A stretch of 63,286 nucleotides of DNA, filler included, from Octopus bimaculoides (GCF_001194135.2; 8 parts of 8 records of this genome joined end to end with filler, not necessarily neighbours in it), one strand, 5' to 3'. Numbered from the whole stretch's first letter, positions 1 to 12,719 are shown. The notes: generated by a model from the letters alone, not told the origin. Numbers and translations: made by a program.

Positions 1-69
1 TTCCAGGCACCAATCTCACCCACGTAACTCACCAGCATCTGACGAAAAAACACTTCTCCTACTGCGCAT

Positions 70-79
70 ATATGTGTGG

Positions 80-159
<80 letters not shown>

Positions 160-170
160 GTAGATAGATG

Positions 171-209
<39 letters not shown>

Positions 210-210
210 G
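70..210. repeat. Compound microsatellite (TA)n-(GA)n-(TAGA)n, representative of dozens of such arrays across the window
   Basis: Directly visible; explains the YIYI/SLSL/IYLS ORFs. Confidence 0.95.
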
Positions 211-544
211 TGTATGTATATATCTTTGCATTCACACACGCACCTATGCAAAGTTGGTAGAGAGCTTCGTTGATACAGGTAACTCGGGCAAAACTATGAT
301 ACATCGAACGGGCGCGCTGGGTGGCCATCGCAATATGAAAATCATCAAGGAATGTATGCAAAATGGTGTCAGTTACACCATCACTACACACACACACACA
401 CACACACATTCACACTACGACACACTCACACAAACATACACACGCACAAATGCACAAGTACCCGTACCCGTACCCGTACGACACTCTATGTACACCATCT
501 CATATACTTCACTGTATTTCTAATATATTTCCTACACAGTCAAT

Positions 545-770
545 GCTGCGAGCTGGCGAAATCGCTAGGAAGCAGATCGGACAAAAGGCTGCGTTGCATT
601 TCGTCTGTCTCCACGCTCTGAGTTCAAATCCGCCGAGGTCGATTGTGCTCTTCAATCTTTCGATGTCGAGAAAAATAAGTACCGGCTGAGTACTGAGGTC
701 GGATAAAATAAGTACCGAGGGCGATGGAATCGTTTTACCTCCTCCCCCGAAATTGCTGGCCCGAAATACA
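545..770 (+). mobile_element. tRNA-derived SINE, family A (degenerate)
   Basis: Matches the window-wide repeat GGCGAGCTGGCAGAA..GAGTTCAAATTCCGCCGAGGTCGAC..TTTCATCCTTTCGG..AATAAGTACC, with B-box-like GAGTTCAAATCC. Confidence 0.8.
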
Positions 771-917
771 GGTACAACTCATTTTTGCCAGCTAAGTGGA
801 CTGGAGAAACGTGGAATAAAGTGTCTTGCTCAAGGACAAAACGCTTCGCCGGGAATTGAACTCACGACCTCACGATCGTGAGCCGAATGCCCTAACCACT
901 GAGCCACGTGTCTTCAC
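765..917 (-). mobile_element. tRNA-derived SINE, family C (5' part)
   Basis: Minus strand reads TGGCTCAGTGGTTAGG (A box) ..GAGTTCAATTCC (B box), then GTCCTTGAGCAAGACAC core; related copies at 18880, 53138, 55590. Confidence 0.85.
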
Positions 918-1730
918 CAATGGTTAGACACTTAACTGAAGGATAGACACCTCGGCAATCTTTCGTTTTGAATTAAAAAATAAAAATTTATCTCGTAGAT
1001 CAAACCTGGAATATTACTGGTATCTATTAAGTTATGGAACATTACACGATTGTCACATTACGACGTTAGAGGACATTGTTATGACGTGGTGCTCGTTGTT
1101 GTATGTAGAAGTGTGTATGCGTAACGCGGGTTCAAATCACGCGTGTCCATGTGTACGTGTCTTTAAACGTGTATGTGTGTATGTCTGTATGTGTGCGTGT
1201 GTGTGTGTATACGTGTGCTTATGTATGCGGAGTCATGTGTATTACGTCCGAGTATGATAGTTTGTGTGTATGTATGTGTGTGTATGCTTTCTCTGTGTGT
1301 ATGCACGAGCCCATGTGGAGCAACGTGTACTATTTATGCACATCTACCAATGTATTAACGTGTATATGCGTAATCGCATATGGAGCAGTGCATATCTATT
1401 AATGTACGACAGTGTGTTTGTGTGTGTTTATGTGTGTGTGGATGTTGTTCGCGGGTGTGCGTGTCTGTGGGTGTGTGACACGTACATTTTACATGCATAA
1501 CAGGATGTGTATCATGTGACTGTATGCCCGCGTGCATACGTGTTCCAGTGAATTCTTTCACAGCTAATATCTGCTTTCACTAAATACTATACTCTCTCTC
1601 TCTCTCTCTTTCTCTAGTTATCTATCTCTCTATTTATCACTATCTGTCTGTCTGTTTCTCTATCTATCTAACCTTGGTCACTAATTTTCTGTGTATCTAT
1701 TTTCTTATCTGCCTGCTTTTATATAAGTAG

Positions 1731-1806
<76 letters not shown>

Positions 1807-2224
1807 NNNNNNNNNNCACAGCCACACACCCGGTTCCAAACACTCTCTGCCGAATATAAAAGTCTTCGTCAACGACAGAATTGCTGACGTTTCACTTTGT
1901 GTACACCACATACTTAACACAGCGTTCCTACTTTCGGAACACAGAGACCAAACTGTATCGCTTATCGTCGTCCCTCACACACGCGCATGCGCACGCGCTG
2001 GCCTTGGTTCTTTTGTTCATTGTGTTTGCTAAATAGTAAAATAAGTTAACTTTGTAGTATAAGTCAAAGCGGTAAAAGACAGCCCTTTGTATATAACCGA
2101 AGACGGCGGCTTTGATTCCCTGGTGGCATCAGTCGACGTTTCGTTAATTACGTCATTGACATCATTAAGAAAGGCACCAACCTCACACCATCTCATCACA
2201 GTGTGTAATTGTTGTTTGCGTTTG

Positions 2225-2440
2225 TTCCCCCACCACAGCTTCACAACCGGTATCGGTTTGTTTACGTCCCCGTGACCTAGCAGTTCGGCGTAAAAGAGCC
2301 GATAGAATAAGTACCAAACGTGAAACAGATTAAATGAATAAATGAATAAGTACTTGCGTCGATTCGTTCAACTAAAACCCCTTCAAGGCGTTGCCCCAGC
2401 ATCGCCGCAGTCCAGTGACCGAAACAAGCGCAGCTTAAGA
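2225..2440 (+). mobile_element. SINE family B, 3' half
   Basis: Similar to the 3' half of 3504-3880 (GTTTACGTCCCCGT..GATAGAATAAGTAC..CCCCAGCAT.GCCGCAGTC). Confidence 0.8.
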
Positions 2441-2449
2441 CACTCTTTT

Positions 2450-2764
2450 ATTCTTTCTTTTACTCTTTTACTTGCTTCAGTCAGCTGACTGCGGCCATGC
2501 TGAAGCGCCACCTTTTAGTCGAGCAAATCAACACCCTGGACTTATTCTATTGGTTCATTTTGGCGAACCGCTAAGTTACGGGGATATAAACACACCAGCA
2601 TCGGTTATCCAGCGATGCTCGGGGGACAAACACAGACACACATATACACACACACACACATATATACGACGGGCTTCTGTCATTTTCGTCTACCAAATCC
2701 ACTCAGAAGGTTTTGGTCGGCTCGAGGCTATAGTGGAAGACTCTTGCCCAAGGTGCCACACAAT
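2450..2764 (-). mobile_element. SINE family B
   Basis: Reverse complement of 3504-3880, including the internal (CA)n tract. Confidence 0.85.
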
Positions 2765-2886
2765 GGGATATGTATATATGTTTAAGTCAATGCGTTCTGC
2801 AAGACGGAACTAAAGCTAAGAAGTAAATACTGTCAGATAGAAGCAAGTTGATTGGTTAATTACAGAACCGATCACAGCAGCAGCAG

Positions 2887-2971
2887 CAGAAGAAGAAGAA
2901 GAAGAAGAAGAAGAAGAAGAAGAAGAAGAAGAAGAAGAAGAAGAAGAAGAAGAAGAAGAAGAAGAAGAAGA
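2887..2971. repeat. (GAA)n trinucleotide array running into a gap
   Basis: Directly visible. Confidence 0.95.
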
Positions 2972-3503
2972 NNNNNNNNNNNNNNNNNNNNNNNNNNNNN
3001 NNNNNNNNNNNNNNNNNNNNNNNNNNNNNNNNNNNNNNNNNNNNNNNNNNNNNNNNNNNNNNNNNNNNNNNNNNNNNNNNNNNNNNNNNNNNNNNNNNNN
3101 NNNNNNNNNNNNNNNNNNNNNNNNNNNNNNNNNNNNNNNNNNNNNNNNNNNNNNNNNNNNNNNNNNNNNNNNNNNNNNNNNNNNNNNNNNNNNNNNNNNN
3201 NNNNNNNNNNNNNNNNNNNNNNNNNNNNNNNNNNNNNNNNNNNNNNNNNNNNNNNNNNNNNNNNNNNNNNNNNNNNNNNNNNNNNNNNNNNNNNNNNNNN
3301 NNNNNNNNNNNNNNNNNNNNNNNNNNNNNNNNNNNNNNNNNNNNNNNNNNNNNNNNNNNNNNNNNNNNNNNNNNNNNNNNNNNNNNNNNNNNNNNNNNNN
3401 AATCGATCCCCCATTGCTTCCGTCAAAGTGACTGGCCTTGAGTCTAAATTGAAATTATATGTCATAGATAGACTTCTACCTATCCATTTTTTCCTTTTTT
3501 TCT

Positions 3504-3880
3504 GTGTGGTAAGTAGCTTGCTTACCAACCACATGGTTACGGGTTCAGTTCCACTGCGTCGCACCTTCAGCAAGTGTCTTCTACTATAGCCTCGGGCTGA
3601 CCAAAGCCTTGTGAGTGGATTTGGTAGACGGAAACTGAAAGAAGCCCGTCGTATATATATGTGTGTGTGCTTGTGTCTGTGTTTGTCCCCCCAACATTGC
3701 TTGACAACCGATGCTGGTGTGTTTACGTACCCGTAACTTAGCGGTTCTGTTTAAGAGACCGGTAGAATAAGTACTAGGCTAACAAAGAATAAGTCCTAGG
3801 ATCGATTTGCTCGACTAAAGGCGGTACTCCAGCATGGCCGCAGTCAAATGACTGAAACAAGTAAAAGAGTAAAGAGTAAG
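3504..3880 (+). mobile_element. SINE family B, near full length (tRNA-like head, CORE-like GCACCTTGGGCAAGTGTCTT segment, internal TA/TG tract, AAAGAGT tail)
   Basis: Multi-copy in the window (2450, 5406, 13706, 18087, 23057, 25585, 27215, 30210, 30385, 33981, 36855, 37500); head GTGGTAAGTAGCTTG..GGGTTCAGTTCCAC. Confidence 0.9.
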
Positions 3881-5297
3881 AAAGCGAGGTAAGAGATAGA
3901 TAGAGAGAGAGAAGGGGAGAATGGTGGGTGTACGNNNNNNNNNNNNNNNNNNNNNNNNNNNNNNNNNNNNNNNNNNNNNNNNNNNNNNNNNNNNNNNNNN
4001 NNNNNNNNNNNNNNNNNNNNNNNNNNNNNNNNNNNNNNNNNNNNNNNNNNNNNNNNNNNNNNNNNNNNNNNNNNNNNNNNNNNNNNNNNNNNNNNNNNNN
4101 NNNNNNNNNNNNNNNNNNNNNNNNNNNNNNNNNNNNNNNNNNNNNNNNNNNNNNNNNNNNNNNNNNNNNNNNNNNNNNNNNNNNNNNNNNNNNNNNNNNN
4201 NNNNNNNNNNNNNNNNNNNNNNNNNNNNNNNNNNNNNNNNNNNNNNNNNNNNNNNNNNNNNNNNNNNNNNNNNNNNNNNNNNNNNNNNNNNNNNNNNNNN
4301 NNNNNNNNNNNNNNNNNNNNNNNNNNNNNNNNNNNNNNNNNNNNNNNNNNNNNNNNNNNNNNNNNNNNNNNNNNNNNNNNNNNNNNNNNNNNNNNNNNNN
4401 NNNNNNNNNNNNNGTGTGTACGTGTGTGTGTGAGAGAGAGAATGCATGTGTGTGTGTTATATGTATGTATACTTATATGATGGCATGCATAGGTGTTGAA
4501 TGAGTGAATGTGTCTAGCGCATCGGTGTATTCATTAAAAACGTGTCTGTGTGTGAGAGGGGGGAAAGAGGGGGAGGGAGAGAGAGGGAGAAAGCCTGGTC
4601 CGTTACAAAAGCCCAAATAAAACTAACACACGCACACACACACACACATTTCCTTTACGCATTCCATTCCAAAAACTGTGGCTGTGCTGGAGTTCTGCCA
4701 TTACCGTTTCCTTTTCAATGGTCATTCTCAAGGATCTGGCTTTTGAGAAATGAGGGGGCTTCAGGTATTACTGACTTCATCTGAGTTTCTTACCGTCATA
4801 CAGCCTCATCTGGGATCTTTGACAACACAACGAAAAGGTGCCTTGGGAAACATCGTTTGTTTTCCAACCACACGGACCTGTGTTCAGTCCTACTGCATGT
4901 CGCCTTGGGCAAGTGTCTTCTACTACAGCCCGAAACCAGCCAGAGTCCTGTAGACGGAAACTGAAAGAAGCCCGTCGTATGTATGTATGTATGTTAATTT
5001 ACGAATGAAAAACAGTTCCACATACATAGAGTATGTTTTGCTTGCACGTCCATTTGTTGCGCGATAACGTCCTGAGAAAGCTCCCTACCCCCTTAAAAAG
5101 AAACTGACCCACGCGTGATTTGAACTCTAAACGGAACGAATACTGCACCACACTAACAGCTGCGCCAAATGACCATTCCCTTCTTCCTTCGCCAACTCAC
5201 TCCCGCACAATGCTGTGGCGTTGGGGAATTTGCATTCTTCAACTAGATTCCAACCCATACCAGCACGGAAAGCGGACGTTAAATGATGATCATGATA

Positions 5298-5332
<35 letters not shown>

Positions 5333-5405
5333 GATGATGGTGGTGGTGGTGATGATGATTTTACTTGTGGTGTAAGTCTGTGTTAAAGTAATTCTATAAC
5401 ACAAT

Positions 5406-5443
5406 GGTTGGATTCGGTAGACGGAAACTGAAAGAAGCCCGTC

Positions 5444-5499
<56 letters not shown>

Positions 5500-5760
5500 T
5501 TACATACATATGTGTATATATATATGTGTGTGTGTGTGTCTTTTGTCTCTGAGTTTGTCCCCCACCACCGTTTAACAACCGCTGTTGGTGTGCTTACATC
5601 CCCGTAGCTTAGCGTTTCGGCAACAAAAAAAATCGATAGAATAAATACCAGGCTTTTTTTAAAAAAAAAGTATTGAAGTCGATTCATTCAACTAAGAATT
5701 CTTCAAGGCGGTGCCCCAGCATGGCCGCAGTCTAATGACTGAAACAAGTAAAAGATAAAA
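5406..5760 (+). mobile_element. SINE family B, 5'-truncated
   Basis: GGTAGACGGAAACTGAAAGAAGCCCGTCG..GGCCGCAGTC..GACTGAAACAAGTAAAAG. Confidence 0.9.
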
Positions 5761-6252
5761 AGAAGACGTATAGTGGTTAATATGTATGGTGCTAAGTCCT
5801 TTCAGCCTTTCGGGATCGATAAAGTAATTACCAGTTGAACATTTGGGGGGAGGTGTCGAAGTAACCGACTTTACTTGAAAAACTGCTGGCCTTGCGCCAA
5901 AATTTGAAACTAATGTGTATGGTAGTTAAGTCATAGTACTGGGTGGTGATTGTATAGAATATGTGGTGGATGTGTAAAATATACGATGTTGATTGAGTTA
6001 TAGTAATAGTCGGTAACAGTGTACTATGGGAATTGTACAATAGTACGGGGAAGTGAATGTGTAGTACGTAAGCTATACGAGCTGTACTATGATCGTATTG
6101 AGAGGAGGTCTGTCTATAATATATTCTCTGTGTGTATAACGTTATAGTATTGGAAATGTCTTGCGTAAAATGTACGATGCACCGAGGAAGACAAACGTAT
6201 TATATATTATATTATTGTTATCTTTGTTGTTGTTGCTATTATGAATCATATT

Positions 6253-6575
6253 AAGACAGGAGCTGGCAGAATCGGTAACGCGCCGGACGAAATGCTTAGC
6301 GGTATTTCGCCCGTCGTTACGTTCTGAGTTCAAATTCCGCCGAGGTCGACTTTGTCTTTCATCCCAAATTTCAGGCCTTGTGCCTATAATAGAAAGGATC
6401 ATTATTATTGTTGCTATCATTGTTATTATTATTATTATTACTAATCGTATTAAGGCGACGAACTGGCAGAATCGATAGCACGCCGGACAAAATGCCTAGC
6501 GGCATTTCGTCCGTGTTTACATAATCGACCAACAAACACCCTCAGCCAAAATTTTAGGCCTTGTACTTATAGAAT
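6253..6575 (+). mobile_element. Two tandem SINE family A copies (6253-6395, 6452-6575)
   Basis: Each begins GAGCTGGCAGAATCG/GAACTGGCAGAATCG and ends CAGGCCTTGT/TAGGCCTTGT..TAGAA plus a (TAT)n tail. Confidence 0.85.
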
Positions 6576-6829
6576 AAAGAATCATTATTAATCGTATTCT
6601 TAACATATCACCTCTAATCTTTTACCATTTACATCAAAGATTTGGATTAATGTCGTTCAAAGAAAACAAAACAATCTGGCCGTAAATCGAAAAACTAAAC
6701 TGTTTATCCGCAAAATTGGGGGTTGGTGGGGCGTAAACAATAAGAATGATAATAATTAAAATTGGTAATCAACCCATGACATCCTCCAATAAATTGAACT
6801 CGAACTAAAGAGGAAGCAACTAACTGGAC

Positions 6830-7020
6830 GCTTGAACTGCTGGACATAGTAACCAAATTTCACAAATCACATCCTAGTGTCTTCAAGAAAACACAGAAAA
6901 ATGTACGTGAACTTGGGGTAATGTAATCTTAGATGTAGATTGAGCGGAAGACGAGATGGTCACAACTAGAACGCCTTTCACGATTGGTGTCTAAAGGATC
7001 ATTGCTGACCTCCGAGAGAA
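6830..7020 (+). mobile_element. Degenerate family E repeat (LINE-3'-end/SINE-like, (AAC)n-tailed)
   Basis: Aligns in reverse complement to 31720-32270 (CTGCTAGAAATAGCAGCCAAATC..ATAATGTAGTCCTAG..GATGGTCA-type motifs). Confidence 0.6.
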
Positions 7021-7254
7021 AATGGCTTTGTAGTAACAGCTTATGATTTTGATCTCGAGATGAAGTAACAACAAAATCTATAACAACCACTAGAAAAATA
7101 ACAGGGACAAACAAGAAGAAAACGACTCGCTAATAATGATGACAATAATGTAACTACGTTTTATCGAAAAGAAGACCAAATGTAAACCAATAGAAGAAAA
7201 CAAAACAAGAGCAAAAGCCGGTTGTATTTTCCATTTTTTTTTCATTCATGGCAG

Positions 7255-7320
7255 ACGTGAATGACGTAATCTATTGGTTGTTGACTGACTGATTACGTCA
7301 ACCTTGTATATACCAATGAT
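7255..7320. promoter_or_regulatory. Possible cis-regulatory cluster: inverted CRE-like pair TGACGTAATC/GATTACGTCA plus CCAAT boxes
   Basis: TGACGTAA 7262-7269, ATTGG 7273-7277, TTACGTCA 7293-7300, CCAAT 7313-7317 in non-repeat DNA. Confidence 0.3.
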
Positions 7321-7968
7321 GTTTGCTATCTCTGTCCACTACCACCTCTCTCTCTCTTTCTCTCCCTCTCATTCACTCACTCTCTCACACACACACACAC
7401 TCACTCTCTCTCTCTCTCTCTTTGCCGTTTTCTTTCCTGTTTCTCTACCTCCTATTCACACGGTCTTCTTATGAAAGAACCTCATCCTTTTCTTCTCTCT
7501 CTCTCTCACGCACACTTAATATCAATAAATATATACACACACATTACAATAATACATACTTCTTACAAATCTGTATCGTAATTAGCAACAAACATACAAA
7601 CATCATGGCTACCACCAGCATTAATACCAGTAAGGTTTTATTCACAACTACACGGCGCATGCGCTATATTATCAGTTCTACGTTAGTTACACACTGCACA
7701 CACACACACATATACGCTACTCTGAGCATGCGCCGTTGATGCTTGTAGTAAATTATGTAAATAAGCAACGTCACGTGAGAGGAGCATAGTGGAGGATGAG
7801 GGAAGAAGGTGCAACTCTTGGAAGCCAAGTGAGGAAAAAAAATTACAAAAATAGGAAAGAATACAAAAAAAAAAGGTAAAAAGAAATCAGCCAACCAATC
7901 AAATGCAATGCAAAAGATGACATCATCGTCTCGGATCCGGAAAGATGATTGGAAGCGTATCTTCTTAC

Positions 7969-8007
7969 CTGACTGGAGAAGTGACGGTAGAGGAAACGAA
8001 AACGAGG
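7969..8007 (-). other. Candidate 39-nt exon of an unidentified minus-strand transcript
   Basis: Pyrimidine-rich acceptor ..TTTCACTTTGCTGTATGTAG| and consensus donor CAG|GTAAGA. Confidence 0.25.
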
Positions 8008-8200
8008 CTACATACAGCAAAGTGAAAGTAAAACGCACATACATACGCACTCTCACACACAGGTTATACATATGCAACGCATACATACACACACACACAC
8101 ACACACAACACATCCATTGTATCTTACTCATGTTGTAAGCATTACACATTGTTTACATAGAGAATACTAGAATATCTAAGTACATTTGCTATGTGTGTTG

Positions 8201-8267
<67 letters not shown>

Positions 8268-8592
8268 TTACTAGTCGTGGTGGTGGTAGTGGTGCTTGAT
8301 TTATTGTATGTAAGTATGGTGTGTTGGCATATGTATAAATGTATGTGGTTGGACATGTTGACATAAGTATGTGTGTGTACGTATGATGGTTAATGTATGA
8401 GTGTGTTGCTATAGTGACGTGTGTATGTGTGCGTTACCGTGTTCATATGTGTGTGTGTGTGTGTGTTTATGTTCCAGAATTTACATGTGTATACTTTCCT
8501 GTTGCTACACACATGAAACGTTATTACATACATTCAGTGCGCTTCGAGTAAGTTCACAAAGGCAAGTGCACACACATATCAGCGAGTGCGGG

Positions 8593-8639
<47 letters not shown>

Positions 8640-8649
8640 GATGACTCTA

Positions 8650-8935
8650 CATTGAAATTTCGCCCCCACCCTTCCCTCCATTTCTTCATTTTTGACTTTT
8701 TTCCCAAACCCTAACCCTAACCCTAAAACCCTAACCCTAAACGTAACCGTAACCCTAACCCTAACTACAAAAATTTTTGGAAATTTTTTCAGAATCATCA
8801 TCTCCGTATTTTTCCGCATATTTTGAAAANNNNNNNNNNCGTATTTTTCCGCATATTTTGAAAAAAAACAACCCATTTCTGAAAAAAGTTTAAAAAATGA
8901 AGAAATTCGGCGGGAGGAGGAGTAATTTCAAAATG
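8650..8935. mobile_element. MITE-like element with imperfect ~55-bp inverted ends enclosing telomere-type repeats
   Basis: 8650-8702 resembles the reverse complement of 8881-8935 (CATT..GAAATT..C-rich..ATTTCTTCATTTTT..ACTTTTTTC). Confidence 0.45.
8707..8765 (+). repeat. Interstitial telomere-like (CCCTAA)n with variants
   Basis: AACCCTAACCCTAACCCTAAAACCCTAACCCTAAACGTAACCGTAACCCTAACCCTAAC. Confidence 0.85.
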
Positions 8936-11363
8936 CCGATTTTTGCCAATTTTTTTGCAGATTCGTATTCTCCGAAAAAAAATAATAAATAAATAAATAA
9001 ACAAATAAAGCGGGGTTTGGGTGGGGGGGGGTAGAAAAGAAAGTCTTGCCCATAACAGTTCAAGGGGCCCTGGCAAAAACTTCGTAATCCCCAACAAGAT
9101 TCAACTTGCCGGCTTCGTGTGTGTGTGTGTGTGTGCATGCGCTCGTGCGTGCGTGTGTGTATCTGAACACGCGCACATGTTGCTGTTTGAGTGTGTCCAT
9201 GGATATTTGTATATATACCTGATTCTCGCTGCATGAGAGTCGGTGGAGCCCGACTTTAGTGTGTGGCACCAGGGGAGTTTGGATTCAGACAGTAACTGTC
9301 TCAAAGCTCGTCTTGTGTGTGTGTGCGTGTGTGTGTGTGTGCAGGGTAGTACGTTTGTGGATGTTGGTGTTAGCGTACGTAATGTGTCACAGGGAGATTT
9401 TCAGCAAACGTTTATGACGTCATGGATGAGTGTGCGATATTGCCTTTCCTCTGCTCAACAGAGCTGAGCAGTCAAACAAGCGCTCACTCGCGAGCACGTC
9501 GTGTACCAATACGGAAACACTGCCCAATTACGATATGCCTGTATATATTTAATTGGGTGGTCAACCATTTTAATGGACGATTCGAAACAAGTCATTCTGA
9601 TTTTAGCACAAGGGAGGGAGCAAGTGGATCGCATCGGAATTTGAACACGGAACGGAAAGTGTCATAAGAAATACGAAGCACTCTGTCCACCATGCTAACG
9701 ATTCGGTAACCTCACCACTTTGATGAACTGAATTAGAAAAGAAAAAAAAACAGAAGCGAGCATGGCTAATAGACATAAAGAAAAATCTCTTCGTAACCGC
9801 ATGATCATGGGTTCGATCTTATTGTGTGGCACATGGGGGATAGCAGATTTTCTTTTAGAAAGAAACTGTCAAATCTTATATTGTGTGTGTGTGTGTAATA
9901 TATTTCTGGAGTATTCGTCAGTACTATCTCTAAGGTACCCATACCATAATAGTAGCTCCGCCAGGTCACCTTGCCCTGCACTGGATACAGCGCTTGAAGA
10001 CAAACCAGATGGCTGATTGCACTTTGAGAACATTGTGAAGGCTGCTTATGTCATCTGGATGAATGAAACGTAAACGCCACAACTACCACCACCACCACAT
10101 GTGTGTTTCTCAAGAGAGAAGAGAGGCTAATACGTATGGCAAGAGTACTGGGTAATCCCATTTCTGATACCTTCGATAGTGAGTGGCACACAACGGGTTT
10201 GGATGCCATACTTATTACGCCACAATTTACAGAGAGAAACGTACTCCGCCAGGTCATCTCGCCCTAGCAAAGTCAGCTGCACTGGATAATGCACTTGAAG
10301 ACAATCCTGGGGGTTGGTGAGATTCTAAGAACATTGTTAAGGCTGCTTGTGTCATCCGAGCGACATATAAAAGACAGCCTGATGAGAAAAAGGAAATGCT
10401 ACCATATAAATATATATATACGGCAAGAAGAAAATGGAGGGGATCCAGAGATATTATGCATCAACTTGTGCTATTATGTCTATTTATTTTAAACAATTAT
10501 GAGAATATATATACATGTGTTAAGATTGTGTTTTATATATATATGTAAATACCAGTGATTTCTAGAATAGAAAAAGAAAAAGAACAGTTTCTTACAGCCA
10601 TGAAGAATACATTGGCTGGTGTAGTTCCTAAAAATATTATGACGAGTTGGTCGTTTCTGGAACACGACTTTGATCAGAAATGAGTTGGATAGACAAGGAC
10701 TAGACAACAATAATTAACTGAAGCCGGCATAGTTTTTTTGTTTGGGAGGGGGATGTTCCAGTAAGGTGGGGAGGAACAAATGCACAGAAGAAAGGAAGAG
10801 TACGGGGGAAAAATTAGGGAGAGAAGAGGAGGCGAGACCGACGCGACAAGGACAGACAGGAAAAAAAAGTAATAAAGAATTAGATACGAGATTGAAAACA
10901 AGAAAGAAATTTAGAACGAGAAATGTAATAAAAACATTGGAAGAGAGAGGGGGAGAAGNNNNNNNNNNNNNNNNNNNNNNNNNNNNNNNNNNNNNNNNNN
11001 NNNNNNNNNNNNNNNNNNNNNNNNNNNNNNNNNNNNNNNNNNNNNNNNNNNNNNNNNNNNNNNNNNNNNNNNNNNNNNNNNNNNNNNNNNNNNNNNNNNN
11101 NNNNNNNNNNNNNNNNNNNNNNNNNNNNNNNNNNNNNNNNNNNNNNNNNNNNNNNNNNNNNNNNNNNNNNNNNNNNNNNNNNNNNNNNNNNNNNNNNNNN
11201 NNNNNNNNNNNNNNNNNNNNNNNNNNNNNNNNNNNNNNNNNNNNNNNNNNNNNNNNNNNNNNNNNNNNNNNNNNNNNNNNNNNNNNNNNNNNNNNNNNNN
11301 NNNNNNNNNNNNNNNNNNNNNNNNNNNNNNNNNNNNNNNNNNNNNNNNNNNNNNNNNNNNNNN

Positions 11364-11404
<41 letters not shown>

Positions 11405-12159
11405 TGAAAGAAAAAGTGCAGTTGAAATAAGGAACTATAAAAGAAAGGGGAAAAAAAAGAAACTTTGTAATGAAAATGAAAATAAAAAAGATAAACTGGC
11501 AAAGAATAACGACATACAGACAGACAGAAGGGTAAGAGGGCACGGAGGGGGAAAATTGAAGAGACAGGACGCAGTGTGTGGCCTTTACAGATGTGGAAAT
11601 GATAAAAAAAAAAAGGAAAGAAAGAAAGAAAAGAAAATTACATGAAAACGGAAAGGAAAAAACAAGGGAAAAACCTCTTCAGGCGAAGCTCGAAACAAAG
11701 AGGTCACGTGACAAAGATGTCAGCCATCAGTGCCGGAAGACGACAGAAATGACATGAAATATAGCGGTAGACATAACTGTGTAGTGAGGATAGTTGGCTG
11801 TTGGGAAATCCTTACACATATCCATCTGCCTCTCTGTCTATCTATCCAGTAATCTATCTATCTATCTATCTTGACAACCATGTACATACGTTTGTGCGTT
11901 TGTACGTCTATGTGTGTGTGTGAGAGGGAGAGAGAGAGAGAGAGAGTGCGGCGTGCGCGCAAGCACACACACACACACATATGCACAAACACATGCAGCT
12001 TTCACATACGCACATGCAAACACACACACGAACTACACGGAGTTTCGTGAATGTATGTGAGAGCGCACAATCACTACCACCGCTTCTACCACCACCACCA
12101 CCACCACCACCATCATCATCATCAATAATAAACTAGAAACGCGCAAATGTGTGTGCGTG

Positions 12160-12216
<57 letters not shown>

Positions 12217-12719
12217 GTGTGTGTGTGTAATCGCACTTATGATCGATGACATGTTCAGCAAAATTTTGGTCGACTTTAACAAAGTTTCACCACCACCACC
12301 ACCCTCATTTGGATAACCAAACGTCAGAAGATTCACCAGACTCCAAGACTCCATTATTTCAAAGTATGCATCGTAGATTCAATGTATTCATTATTATACG
12401 CTTGTGTGTATGCCCGCATCTAGGTATGTGTGTGCGTACGTGTTTACGCTTATATGTACATATATATGTAAGAACGTGTTTGTCACGTGTTTGCATGTAT
12501 CTACGTATATACATGCATATATGTAACCTTCTTGGAGGATATCAATTTTTCCTGTAACGTTTCTAATAAAGGAACAGAGTTCCATCGCTGAGATTTGGAT
12601 AACAACAATAATAGTTACACATTGAACTTTAGAAAGGAACTGGCATATTTATATTGTTCTGTTTGTAGAATTGTATATCGAAAGTGCGTGTTGGTCGGTT
12701 ATTTTCTTGGCCTCACATA

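Noticed and set aside
30-65. CTGACGA at 39-45 as an HHR core
   Set aside because: No stem II or GAAA follows before the microsatellite
254-360. ORF ..VDTGNSGKTMIHRTGALGGH.. as a GIY-YIG remnant or exon
   Set aside because: Only vague resemblance; no motif or splice structure I can support
765-917. tRNA genes (A/B boxes here and at about 53450-53530)
   Set aside because: No acceptor stem or cloverleaf; these are SINE heads
4650-4820. Minus-strand donor GACG|GTAAGA at 4793 and open frame MTIEKETVMAELQHSHSFWNG
   Set aside because: No coherent exon boundaries or recognisable product; partly adjacent to a SINE
10375-10410. CTGATGA..GAAA as an HHR
   Set aside because: No stem I or stem II pairing
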